Assembly: GCF_009914755.1 (NCBI RefSeq)
Contig: NC_060925.1
Source of the DNA: the human T2T-CHM13v2.0 reference genome, Homo sapiens
Strand: one strand, 5' to 3'
Length of the DNA: 64,000 bases
The position numbers and the translations under genes were made by a program. Each line of letters begins with the position of its first letter. Position 1 is the first letter of the stretch. The notes beneath the pieces are model-generated. The model saw nothing but the letters and a program-made list of their open reading frames with translations, made no database searches and was not told where the DNA came from. Below are positions 33,090 through 49,927 of the stretch, piece by piece.

Positions 33090-33969
33090 TTCCTTACCAG
33101 TCACGTCACTCTAAGGTAGAGAACCTGGGAGCGTGGGATTCTGGTTTTCCTTGGGTTAGTTTGGGGAAGGTGAGTCCTTAAAGCTGCCGGGATAACAAAA
33201 TAAGGGAGTGGAAGGTAGAGGAGACAAGTCAGCTTGATAAGAAAGAGAATAAGAGGCGTCAGAATCCTCTAGAAGGCAGATCTCTTGCTTCCCTTATCCG
33301 AGGGGCACCTCTGCGCCTTCCTTGCTGCTGAGTTCCTTCTCCATTCCTGTGGGCCAGGGACAGGAATGCTGAGAATGGTTCAACATTTTATCCTGAGCTA
33401 TTTTGAGGGAAAAAAGAGGGGGGACAGAGCTGAGTGGTGGAGCCCAATCACTCCCTTCTCTCTGGTTCCCACCATCCCCTCCCCCACCCATGTTTTCGAG
33501 TTGCCAAGGAAACCGCACAGCCTATCTGCATCTTCTGTTTTGTTCCTGTCAAAACCATGAAACTTTCTAAGGCCAAATCAGTGGGAGCTCTGTCAGAGTT
33601 GGTCAGCAAGGAGAGGCCGCTCCAGCGTGAAGCCTCCTGCACGGATGCCCTCCCACACAGCTGTGCATGCACACACGCACACGCGTGCACACACAAGCAC
33701 ACACCACCCCCACACACCCGCACCTCCAATCAGCCAGCCCAACCACCGGGAGGAGAGAAAAATGGAAAACAAATAGGGAAAAAAATCCACCCTGCCCACC
33801 CCACAGAGCCACACACCCACACTACTTCCATCCCCCTCTCCTCTGAGTCTTGCAGGGCTGGAGAAGTTTGGCACCCCAGGCAGCTCACCCACTCCAACAG
33901 CACCCTGCCACCTCCGGCGTGGTGGCTCCAGAGACAGCGTGCCAGTCAGGCTACCCTAGGAGGTGAGTC
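33090..33969 (+). promoter_or_regulatory. Candidate promoter/enhancer with possible first-exon donor
   Basis: Repeat-free ~900 bp; CRE-like gtcacgtca (~33100), CCAATCA at ~33445 and ~33726, CA/CG-rich tract, GAG|GTGAGT donor after 33963. Confidence 0.35.
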
Positions 33970-34109
33970 CTGGGAGCAGGAGGAGGCAGCAAGCAGAGAA
34001 AGGGATATGGAGGAATAGCCCCGTAGTTCCAGGCAGCAGTCACAGAGTGATGTGTGACCTTGCAAAGGTCACCTAAATACACTGCTCAATGTCACTGAGA
34101 CACAAGCTG

Positions 34110-34260
34110 CTACATCGAGTAGTGAGTCCTCCATCACTGGAGGTATTCAAGCAGGTGCTGAATGCCCATCTTTACAGGAGGCTCCTATAAAGAAGACTCC
34201 TACTTCAAGTGGGAGCTTAGGCCAAATAATCCCTGAGGTTCTGTTGGCAGGAAGATTCCA
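34110..34260 (+). mobile_element. L3/CR1 3' end fragment
   Basis: gtgagtcctccatcactggaggtattcaagcag. Confidence 0.55.
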
Positions 34261-34468
34261 GAATCCATGGTTTAGAGCCTTTGTGTGCCACAGGACCACT
34301 TAGCACATGATGGCCTAGGGGCTGAGGGCAGGGGGTCACCCCTTCCTCCATACACAAGCATTCACCTATGCAGCTGACCTTCCCACTTATCAGCCAGGAG
34401 CCTAGCCATTGCTTTTCCTGGAAGGCTTACGTGGGTTCAAGAGTAGATGCCTAAGGAAAACCCAGCAG

Positions 34469-34912
<444 letters not shown>

Positions 34913-35169
34913 TCAAAGATGAGGAACTGAGAGAGGTGGTCTCGCTGGCCAGGGGAGAAAGGGGTTGTCATCAGGAGAAGAAGGCAAAGTAGAGGCAATA
35001 ATGTAAGCTCCTTAGGATCAGGGAGAGTGCTGGGTCCTAGAATCCAGACCCCTGGGAACTATTGCCCCACCTGTGCTCTGCACAATGGTGCCCACGGAAG
35101 GGGTGAACTGGGGCTGAAATCCAGCCAACCAGTGCCTCCTGTAGGACAGAGGCTGCCTGGAGGAGGGTC

Positions 35170-35330
35170 ACCATCAGTTCTTTTTCCTGATCCTCTCCCT
35201 CCTACCACCCCACCCTCCGGTAGGCCCCAGTGTGTGTTGTTCCCCTCGACGTGTCCATGCGTTCTCTCATTTAGCTCCCACTTATAAGGGAGAACATGCA
35301 GTATTTTGTTTTCTGCTCCTGCGTTAGTTG
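35170..35330 (-). mobile_element. Internal L1PA/L1P 3'UTR fragment without poly(A)
   Basis: ttcctgatcctctccctcct...ggccccagtgtgtgttgttcccct...catttagctcccacttataagggagaacatgc. Confidence 0.85.
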
Positions 35331-35583
35331 GAGGCTCCTTTTTCTAAATCTCACCCAGGGTCAGTAGCGGCCCTGCTCACACCCATCGCACTGATCTTCC
35401 CATAGGAAGATCATCATCAGTACCCTATGATCTTCCTAAGGTACTAGCCTTACTGAGACCCTCCCTACTTAAACTCTTCAGTGGTTGCCCGTTTATCCTA
35501 ATGGGAAAAAGGCAAATTTCTTAGCCTGGTTGACAGGGCCCTTTATCTTGTACCTCTCCCTGCCCATCTCCATCTTCCCAGTC

Positions 35584-36378
<795 letters not shown>

Positions 36379-36930
36379 TTAAATTCTGTTAGCTCAAGAG
36401 TTGATGGGCAGCACCTGCCCTCAAAGTCGGGAACCAAGGGATGCTGGTGGCAGAGAACACTCCAAGATCACAAGACAGGGAGCACCTTGTTAGGGCACTG
36501 CTGCTGGTTCTGCCCCTCACCATCCACACCACCCCCAACACTAGATACTGTTCCTGAAGGAGTCCAAAATGACCACCACTGCTACGAATGACTGCTCCTG
36601 CCCAGGTCCCAAAGATCCCAATGGGAGCACCAGATTGGCTGAGCTCAGCTTCCAGGGCCCATCCTCACCCCACCCTCACTCTGCCCATGCCACATTTGTG
36701 GCGGGGGTTCGGGGGGAGCAGGGAGACACAAACCCTGCCCTCATCAGCATGTGGTCAAAGGTAGAATGCTTCCCCAACTAAGACTCCTATAATGAGGAAT
36801 TCCCTCCAAAATAGGAAAGTTGCTCAGTACTGGACAATCAAAAACATGACAAGTGTCAACTCCACTGTCCCTGTCTGCCTCATCAATTCCTATTCACTCC
36901 TCGAATGAACTCCTGTAAAACCTCCCTCCA

Positions 36931-37603
<673 letters not shown>

Positions 37604-37619
37604 AAAACCTTCCTCCTAC

Positions 37620-37862
37620 CTAAGCACGCTTCAGTGACCCCTCTATGTTTTCATAGTACCTGATATTTACCTCCACCAAGGCCTTCTTATTTTAGCAAAG
37701 TGGTTTTCAGATTTGTCTTCCTCACCAGACCGTGAGTTCCTTTGGGTCTTAGAGGGGGACATACTCATCTGTGACCCCTTGTCGGTATCCTCTGTCCCCA
37801 TCCCCATGGGCAGTGGTAGTGGGAGCTCAGTAAATGTGTGAGCGAATGACAGAATGAATATG
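37620..37862 (+). mobile_element. L2 3' end
   Basis: ccagaccgtgagttcctt...agctcagtaaatgtgtgagcgaatgacagaatgaat. Confidence 0.6.
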
Positions 37863-38544
37863 TTCATCCCTGAGGGTCCTCACATGAAAGAAGATCAGCT
37901 TAGAGCATCTTACGTGCCTGGTGGAGTATGATGAATGCGATCCTCACTACAGAGTTGGGGCGCAGAGAACTAAGGAACGAAGCTAAGTGCTTATGTTTAA
38001 AAGTACTAGACAGAAAAGCTGTTAGCAAGTGATCCTCTTTCTTAAAGAGCTGTAAGGTACATCTTCCAAAAGATACTCTAGAGAGGGACCTGGTGGGGTA
38101 TGCATCCAGCTGTAACCCGGAGGCCTTGGTGGCTGTAAATCTGGAATTGTGTGGGTTGAGATGAAAACGCTTTCCAGTCATTAGGCCCCATTGTGAAGGT
38201 AATTATATAAAGTCCTGATGCAGACACCTGGGCCAGGAGTGGGCTGGATCTGCCCTGAGTGGCCCCCACAGGGGAGAAGAGTGGGAGAGAAGCATCTGGA
38301 AAGATACAGGAGGGTAGCAAGAGCTGATCAAAATAGAAGGGAAGAAGCAGAAGAGAAGATGAGGGAGAGAAGTGCCAGGAGAAAGACCACATAGGAGCCA
38401 AACCCGTTGGACAGGGGTCTGCAACCAAGGAGCTGAGGCCTGGAATGTAACTACTGATGGGGAAACAGAGGGCATGGGATTGAGCTTGCTGCTGCCAGGG
38501 AAAAGAGGCAGAGAGGGGTGAATAAATAGTGAATGCCTACCTCA

Positions 38545-40060
38545 GTTAATCAAACATTTATTACATGTCTACTACATGCTAGGCACTGCACTAAGGCACT
38601 AAGGATACAAAGGTACAAGATGGTATACATAAGCACATGCAAACCCCGTTCATTCCGGGATTTACAGAGCAGTGAGAGAGACACAGACAAAGCCTGAGAC
38701 TATGAAAATTTGTTCGGCAGAGAGCAGTGGCTCGCGCCTGTAATCCCAGCACTTTGGGAAGCTAAGACTGGAAGATAGTTTGAGGCTAGGAGTTCAAGAC
38801 CAGCCTAGGCAATGTAGTGAGACCCCCATCTCAACAAAAATAAAAGTATTAGCCAGGCATAGTGGTGCACACCAGAAGGCCCACTTGAGCCTGGAAATAT
38901 CGAGGCTACAGTGAGCCATGATTGCGCCATTGCACTCCAGCCTTGACAACAAAGCAAAACCTTGTCTCAATAAATAAATAAAAATAAAAGCATGCCCTGG
39001 TCACCTTTCATGGCACAAAAGCATTATTTAAAAAAATTGTTAGATAGAAGTAAGAGAAGAAGAAGAATGCAATGGGAACACAATAAAGGGACACTTCCAG
39101 CTGGAGGAGACGCCCGTTGAGCTCAGTGTTGATGGATGGGTCAGTCAAGGGGAGAGAGGTGGGAGGGGGCTCCTGCTAAGGAGGCAGCATGAGCAAACAC
39201 ATGGACACACAGGCCAATGTGGAATGGGATGCAGAGGTGATGGGGACATGACAAGAGCCGGAGAAGCCAGGTGGAACCAGGTACAGCCACGTGTGCCAGA
39301 CTAACGGGCTTGACTTCAACCTGCAGGTAATGGAGACTCATTGACAGGTTTTCTCAGTGCCTGATGTGGTGAAATTTGCATTTTAGGGGTGTCACGTTGA
39401 CTATAGTGTGAGAGTGAATTTACGTAGAGGAAGACTGTAGTCAGGGAGACCAATTAGGAGTTGATTGCCATTGTCAAAGTGAAAGATGTGGTGCCATTAT
39501 CTGAGATGGAGGACACAGAAAGAGAATAGTTAGCAGGAGGGAGGGGTGATGATGATATGTTTGAGACAAGTTGAGTATAGAATGTTTGTGGACTACTTAA
39601 GAGCATGTGTCTAACAGGCATTTGAATATGAGCATAGGAAACTGAAGGGAGAGGTGGCAGCTGAAGACACGGATTTGGGCTTCATCAGCAAATGGATCAT
39701 AGCTTCAGTGGATGGAAGTGAACCAGCTCTCCCAGGAAGAAAACACACAAAGCCAAGCAGTGGGCTCAGGCTTGAACTTTGAGAAACTCCCATGTTTAAG
39801 GGGTGCTGAAAAAGCGGCCTCTAAGAAAGACAATGCTAGAGGGAAGTCAGAGAGTCAGAGAAGTAGAAGGAAAACCAGCGAAGACTCAGGGCCACAGAAG
39901 ACAAGAAATGGGAGGTTTCAGGAAGGAAGGAGAGGACAACAGGGTCAGAAGCAGCGGAGAGGCCCAAAAAGATAAACTGCAAGTGGCCACTGGGGTTTGC
40001 AAAAATGGAAGTAATGGATGATCTTTTTAAAAATGTATGTTGTGTGGTGTAGGGCAAGAT
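38545..40060 (-). mobile_element. Long decayed L2 with Alu insertion
   Basis: caaacatttattacatgtctactacatgctaggcactg; agggagaccaattaggag; gatttgggcttcatcagca. Confidence 0.7.
38716..38989 (+). mobile_element. Alu (J-like, internal deletion)
   Basis: Diverged Alu dimer. Confidence 0.85.
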
Positions 40061-40082
40061 ATTAGCAAGTGGTGAAGTCTAA

Positions 40083-40293
<211 letters not shown>

Positions 40294-40349
40294 TCTTGCA
40301 ACTTGTCTTTGGGTTTGAAATTGCATGAAAATAAATAGTTACCCCCTAG

Positions 40350-41020
<671 letters not shown>

Positions 41021-41032
41021 TCTGAAATTTAA

Positions 41033-41769
<737 letters not shown>

Positions 41770-42220
41770 TGATACCTGTTTTAGATTCTTTTTTGGACTA
41801 TAGTGGGCTTGCCTGGATGAGATATGATTGAAAAGCCCCAGGATGGCCAGAAGTTGCTTAAAAATACAGCCTGACCTCATCACACCCCTGCTTTAACCTT
41901 TTCAGTGGCTCCCATAGCCTCTAGGCTCAGTCCAAGCTCTTTAGTAAGGCATTCCTATGAGCCTCGGCCTGTGTCCACTTGCCTTCCTCTCCCCGACACA
42001 GCCAGGCACAGGTCCTTTCATTGTCCTTTCCTCAGGCTCATCTCTCTAGCTGGATTAATTCCCCATTCCACTCGGCTGCCCCACCACCATCCCACTTGGA
42101 GAATACTTAGTCATCTTTAGGACCCAGCTCAAGAGTCACTCGGGTGCCCCACCCCTGCCAGGTAGGACTGAACTCTTCCTATCCCCACTATTATGGCCTC
42201 CATCTGTTTCTATCATAGAA

Positions 42221-42406
42221 TTTTGCTTTGTTTGGGGTTTTGTTTTGTTCTGTTTTTGAGATGGAGTCTTGCTCTGTTGCTCAGGCTGGAGCGCAGTGAT
42301 GTGATCTTGGCTCACTGCAACCTCCACCTCCCAGGTTCAAGCAATTCTTGTGCCTCAGCCTCCTGAGTAGCTGGGACTACAGGCACGTACCACCACGCCC
42401 AGCTAG
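42221..42406 (-). mobile_element. Alu right arm
   Basis: Reverse right monomer. Confidence 0.85.
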
Positions 42407-42704
<298 letters not shown>

Positions 42705-44706
42705 TGTCGCAGAGCTCTTATCCTTGGCTCCCCTTTGTTGAACTGCCCATCACCCACCCTGGACTATAAGTCCCTTGAGGACAAGATCCTTGTCTTATTC
42801 TTCTCTGACTCCCCAGTGCCTGCACCATGACTGGCACACTCTGCAAATACTCTTTAAATAACCTTGTGGGCTCTGGAATCCCTGGTGGCAGAGCAAAGAG
42901 TTAGGTGGGCAGCCTGACTCCTTTCTGTTGGTCTCCAATAACAAGGTGCCCAGGAGCACTCTGGATCTCCATAATCACCAGGGTCCCCACCTGCAGGGGC
43001 CCTGCTCCACTTTCCCTGTGTCCTAACTAAGCCGAGCAGCCCCAGGTCTCCCTGCCCACTCGCTGGCTCTCCCGCCCACATTGCCCGCCAGATGCCCCTC
43101 TGTAGAGTCAGCAGGGAGCACTCAGAGGAGCTCATTACTTAATGGTCAATGGACCAGACTCCTGTCTCCCCAATGAGCCCACAAAGGCTGTTTGGAACAC
43201 GGCCCCAATTCCTGTAAATGGAAAGCGATTTGCACTCATTCCCAAGATGAATCATTTTGTTTTAATCGCCTGTCCTTTTGCTGGCACTGCCACTGTCACG
43301 GCTGCCTGCTCTGCCTTTTGGCCGTCTGTTGGAGGGATGCTCTTCCAGGCCCTGTTAATTACTGAGAAGGGAGGTGCATGAAGGAGGAAACAGAGGGAAC
43401 CCCCAGAAGGAGCAAGGTAATAGGCAGCAATGGGTCAACACTAATGAAAATGATATGACTGCCCTTCCAGAACCCAGGCAAATATCCCAAACAGGCAGAC
43501 AGCAGCTCCCAACTTGCGGCCCCTTGGGGGGCTTCTCTGGAGACCAGACAGAGCTAAAGTGAAGGGAGCATCCAGCCCTCTCATGCCCCTAGGGAAAGCT
43601 TCCCCATCTGAGCTCCTCTGAGCTGGATTAGCTGGGTGATAGACCCTAGGGAAGAGGGGGAACAGGAAAATTGTGGGGCACAGAATTAGTTCCTTGAATT
43701 TTGGTATACAATTGGTGGCATGAAGAGACAATAAAATTTACATGCATTTTTTTTTTCCTAAGGCAACAATTCCAGGAGTCCATGTAGGATGGCAGCCACG
43801 TTTTCTTCCCATCTATGGGAGGGCCGATCCTATAGATCTATTGGGGAGAGTCCAGCCTGCTGTCACAAAAGGGAGAGCTTCTGGCCCAGTGTCTGTCCTC
43901 TGCCCATGGTGCTGGCACTGGGGCCCAAGGGCTGTTCTGTGCCAAGGCCTATGGCCCAGACTTCAGGTTCTCCCTCTGCATAATGAAGGGCCCATGCCCA
44001 CTGGAAGTTTAGAAGTGTGCTCACTCCTCCACGGTGCAATGAACTTTTAGGCTTGCTCAAGTCCTGCCCTGGCTGGAAAGGGGAGTGGCAGGGGCCTTTG
44101 CAGGGGAAGTAGGAAGGCTGACCCTGGGAGGCTGACCACCCTTCCTGGCCAGCCTGCTGGTCAGGAGGCTCCCAGAGTGCCTGTGGTGGAGGCGGCTACA
44201 TGGCCCCTGGAGGACTCTTCCTGCCCAGGATCTCGGACTCCCAGAGGATCAATGAGCTCCACAATTCATAACCTGGGATAGGAGGATGAGGGGACTCTAG
44301 TCACTCCCCAGTGGGGGACTGAGCCTCTAGGAGTGGGGGTTTACTATATTCCAGCCTAGCCACCTCTGAAGATTTTGTGGGATTGAGTGGAAATATTTGT
44401 TTGTGATAACTTAAACCCTTCTTGGAGATGGCAGGCTTTCCTCGGTCCCTTTCTCTCTCACTGCCCTGCCTCTTTACCTCATGCAGTGTGATAACTCTCT
44501 CCCCCCAGGCCCCCTACTTCCTGTGACCTCACATTCTGAGACGCCCAGCCTCTGATGACCATGTGTGGAGTCTGCTGGAAACAACCCTCTCCTCAACCCT
44601 CCTCTGCTGCACCAGGGAAAGGGATAGGCTGGCATTGCTGCAGGAGGTTGCTGAGCCTGCTGGGAAGCAAGGACCCTAAGAACAATGTGCTAGAAAAGCC
44701 AAGGTG

Positions 44707-44984
44707 GGCCAGGTGTCATGGTTCACACCTGTAATCCCAACATTTGAGAGGCCGAGGCAGGAGGATCATTTGAGCCCAGAAGTTTGTCCAACATAGTGAG
44801 ACCCTATCTCCACAAAAAACAAACAAACAAACAAACAAACAGCTGGGTGTGGTGGTGTATGCCTATAATCCCCAGCTACTTCAAGTGGCTGAAGCCCAGG
44901 AGTTCAAAACTATGGATCGCACAATTTGCACTCCACTCCAGCCTGGGCATCGAAGTGATCTCATCTCTTAAAAAAAAAAAAAAA
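44707..44984 (+). mobile_element. Alu (J-like, diverged)
   Basis: Alu dimer with deletions. Confidence 0.85.
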
Positions 44985-45013
44985 GAGAGAGTGAGAGAGA
45001 GGAAGGTGGGAAC

Positions 45014-45310
45014 GGAGGGAGGGAGGGAGGGAGGGAAGGAGGGAAGGAAGGAAGGAGAGAGAGAAGGAGGAAGGGAGGGAGGAAGGAAGGAGAGAGAGAG
45101 AGGAAGGAAGGAAAGAGAGAAAGGGAGGGAGGGAGAGAGGGAGGGAGGAAGGAAGGAAGGAGAGAGAGAAGGAGGAAGGGAGGGAGGAAGGAAGGAGAGA
45201 GAGAGAGGAAGGAAGGAAAGAGAGAAAGGGAGGGAGGGAGAGAGGGAGGGAGGAAGGAAGGAAGGAAGGAAGGAAAGAAAGAAAGAAAGAAGGAAGGAAG
45301 GAGAGAAAAG
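45014..45310 (+). repeat. Purine-only GGAA/GA/GGGA tract with a 105-bp tandem duplication
   Basis: No pyrimidine from 45014 to 45310; units 45042-45146 and 45147-45251. Confidence 0.93.
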
Positions 45311-45429
45311 CCAAAACCCTCACTTCTCCATCTGGCTCCCCAGACTACTGCCAGGAACAAGTCCAAGAGCAGAGAAATGTGGGTTTCCTAAGAAAGGATG
45401 TGTCATGAAGGAAGAGAGGATAAGGAGGC

Positions 45430-45540
45430 TCATTCAATAAATATTTTTCAACTGCCTACTATGTGTCAGGCACTGTTCCAGGCACAGCTGTGTCCAAAAC
45501 AGGCAAAGTCTCTGCTCTGATGGAGCTTACACTCTACAGC
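45430..45540 (-). mobile_element. L2 3' end
   Basis: cattcaataaatattt...tgcctactatgtgtcaggcactgttc...ctgatggagcttacactcta. Confidence 0.75.
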
Positions 45541-46219
45541 TCATCATGGAAGGTTGGAATTGGCTGAGGCCTGAGAAACAGCTCCTGAATTTTTGGATAA
45601 AAGTGAGTGAGCAGCGGCTAAGCCAGGACCAGGGCTCAGGACCTCAGCCTGCCAAGCAGTGTCCAGGGGAGAGGAGAATGGCACAGGCTGTGACTGCAGC
45701 CCAGCACCTTCTCAGAGGCTCTATCAAGAGAGAGGGTCACTGTGCTGATTGAAAAAGATGATGTAAAGTGTCAAGTTCCCCTGCTCCCTTCTCCAAGCCT
45801 GTTCCACACGTCTCCAGCTGACTCTTGTCTGCTCCTTTCTGACTTGGTGGCTTGGGACAGAAAATCCTGAAAACCTGTTCCCTTGATCCAGCAGCTCCAA
45901 GACAGCCCCTGAGGACAAAAATTCCTAGGGAATACTGACCTGAGTTCCGTAGGCCCAGAGGGAGGAAAAGCAAACAGGAGGAAGCTGTGGGAGGCAAGGA
46001 GTTAAACCCAGGCTGCAACTCATTTAGGTTCAACTCCACTAGATAATGTGTGTAGAAGTCCAAGCAGAAAGCCTGATATATGTCGGTACTCAATAAATAT
46101 TAATCTTCCTCCTTCCCTCCTTCCTTGTCTCCACTGGACAATACCTCCAATTCAAATGCCTTATCAATCATTTATAACATCGCTGATAGTAATAAGATTC
46201 ATAAAAATTCAAATTGTAG

Positions 46220-46650
<431 letters not shown>

Positions 46651-48288
46651 TAATTCAGATCATCCCACTTCATTGGATGTCCTTCAGAAACAGGAGTGTC
46701 TCTTCTGCCAGGAACGTGGCTGAGCTAGGGATGAATAAGGTGGCCACGCCTAGCCTCCCTAATTCTCACTTTCCTCTGGTTGTGGTTCCGAGGGCCCCAC
46801 CTGGCAGGTGTTAGACCGGACGCTGAGGACCTCTCCCTGTGCCTGCCCTGAGTCCTGGCATCTGATCTCAGGCCGTGGCTCTGGCTGTCTTCCTCCCTAC
46901 TCCTTATCTGCCCTTACTTTACTGCTAATGGATCTCTCCCCCATGGATTCTTAGCACCTACAGTTACAGGCATTGATTTGAGTGGAGCTTTTTTGTATTG
47001 CCATTGATGTTAAAGATAACCAACAACAGCAAGCTTAAATTCTAATGTGATATAACAATAAGCTCCAGCTCACAAAACATGCCAGCCTCCCAGGAGAAGT
47101 CTGAGCACTTACCAAGTTATTTTCTGTGCAGGCAACAGTTTCCCCCAATCCCAGGGAAAGTAAGACAAAGCAAAGGCAATGGTTGTTGAAGTCGGGGGAG
47201 AATGGGAAAGAGGGTGTCCAGGAGATGCAGAAGGAGGCTTGCTTCCTTGAAAGGGTGGGAGAGAGGAGATAACATTTTGAAGTCATCAGGAAATGCATCT
47301 TCTTCCATTCTTAGGAGCCACCCACCATCCCGGCCCCCATTTGGGTCAGGAGTGAAGGTGAACACACAGTAAGAAGTGAGGAGTGGAACCCCCTGCCAGG
47401 GACGGGCTCACTCAGGGGACTCAATGACTGGAAGACCTGGGTGCAGAGCCTCCCCCACCCTCCCTGCTGCACATTCCAGACTTTTAGGAGTCTCCTGCCT
47501 GTCTCTGTCCCTTCCCTTCCACTCTTCCATCCTCTTCAGCACCCACTTACTTCTCCCGTTTCTGGTCCCCGACTCCTAGGAAACCTTAGGGCTGTCACTC
47601 TTAGGAGCTGAAGGCTGTGTGATCGAATACCCTTCCATCCCCTCCCCTACCCGCCCTTCTGGTCCTGCTCAGCCAAGGTCTTTCGTTTCTGCTTTGGAGG
47701 GTCCCTATCCCTCTTTCCACGCCAGGCCTCCCCGCCTGGGATGCATCAGACCCTATGAGTGGCTGCTCTCGCTGGCGGCTTTGCTTCATTATCTGACTCA
47801 GTATCAACAGGAGATGATCTGTCCATCCTTAGGCCCCACTGTAGCCTGTCCTCACCCCTGCAGACCTTTCCCTAGCATCCCCGCCTGCCACGCAGCATTG
47901 CTCCCCACTTCTCCTTTCATGCAATTTCCACATCTCCTGTGAGAGCATTTGGAAACCTGCTTTTGGTTAGAGCGGCGGCTGTCTTCTGCACATGTAGAGC
48001 CCCTTGTCTGATCTGTCTCACTATACAGCTAACCTGAATTATTCATTAGCGGGAGCGAGCAAACTGACTTCATAAAGATGCCAGTGAGGGTTTGCGGAGC
48101 TGTTTCGGTATCTCTTATTGATGCATTGAGCTATTTTTCCGGCTTGCTAAGAGCCCACCAAATAGGAGTGGGGGCCAAGCTGAGGACTGGAGAAAAAAGG
48201 CTGCGCATTTGAATCCTCACTTTGCTACTCCCAGATTTGTGTGTCTTGCTAAGACGATTGACTTCTCAGAGACTCCTTACTCCGATAA

Positions 48289-48998
<710 letters not shown>

Positions 48999-49508
48999 AG
49001 TTTCTTTGGAGTTTCTGGAGGAAGAAGCCTTCTGATGATTTTGCTCTATGCTCACTCCTAACCTTCCTGGTGGCCCAGGGACTTCTGGCAGAAAACAAGT
49101 TTCCTAATCAGCCAAAAGCATGTACAACACCTGAAGAGAGGACAGGATACATGGTCCTCAGCAGGCTTCATGTTTGGGAGACACCACGCCTTCTCTCAGG
49201 AAAGTTCCAGTCTGAAAGGGTGAACAGGTACAGAGAAGGATACATTCACAAAACGAAACAATAATAGCACGAAGACCCAGAAATGGCAAATAAAAACATG
49301 GTAACACTTCCTCTTCCATGGAGAATGTACAGAATCGTGACAGAGGACAAAATGCAGAGACAGTCACAGAAATAAGTACCCAGTCCTGCTCCCCTTGCCA
49401 GCACTGCTCCTGGGCCATCAATTCCCCACTCTGTGGGGTTTAACAGCTAAGAACCCACTGATACTGATCCCCTGGGCCACAGTTCTTCTCCTCCAAAGCA
49501 GCAGATGA

Positions 49509-49927
<419 letters not shown>

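Noticed and set aside
33434-34018. 194-aa ORF
   Set aside because: Non-ATG start, low-complexity CA-derived H/T/P content, no recognisable homology.
44784-45440. Longest ORF (218 aa, R/E/G/K-rich)
   Set aside because: Open only because the purine-only repeat cannot encode stop codons; it starts inside an Alu.
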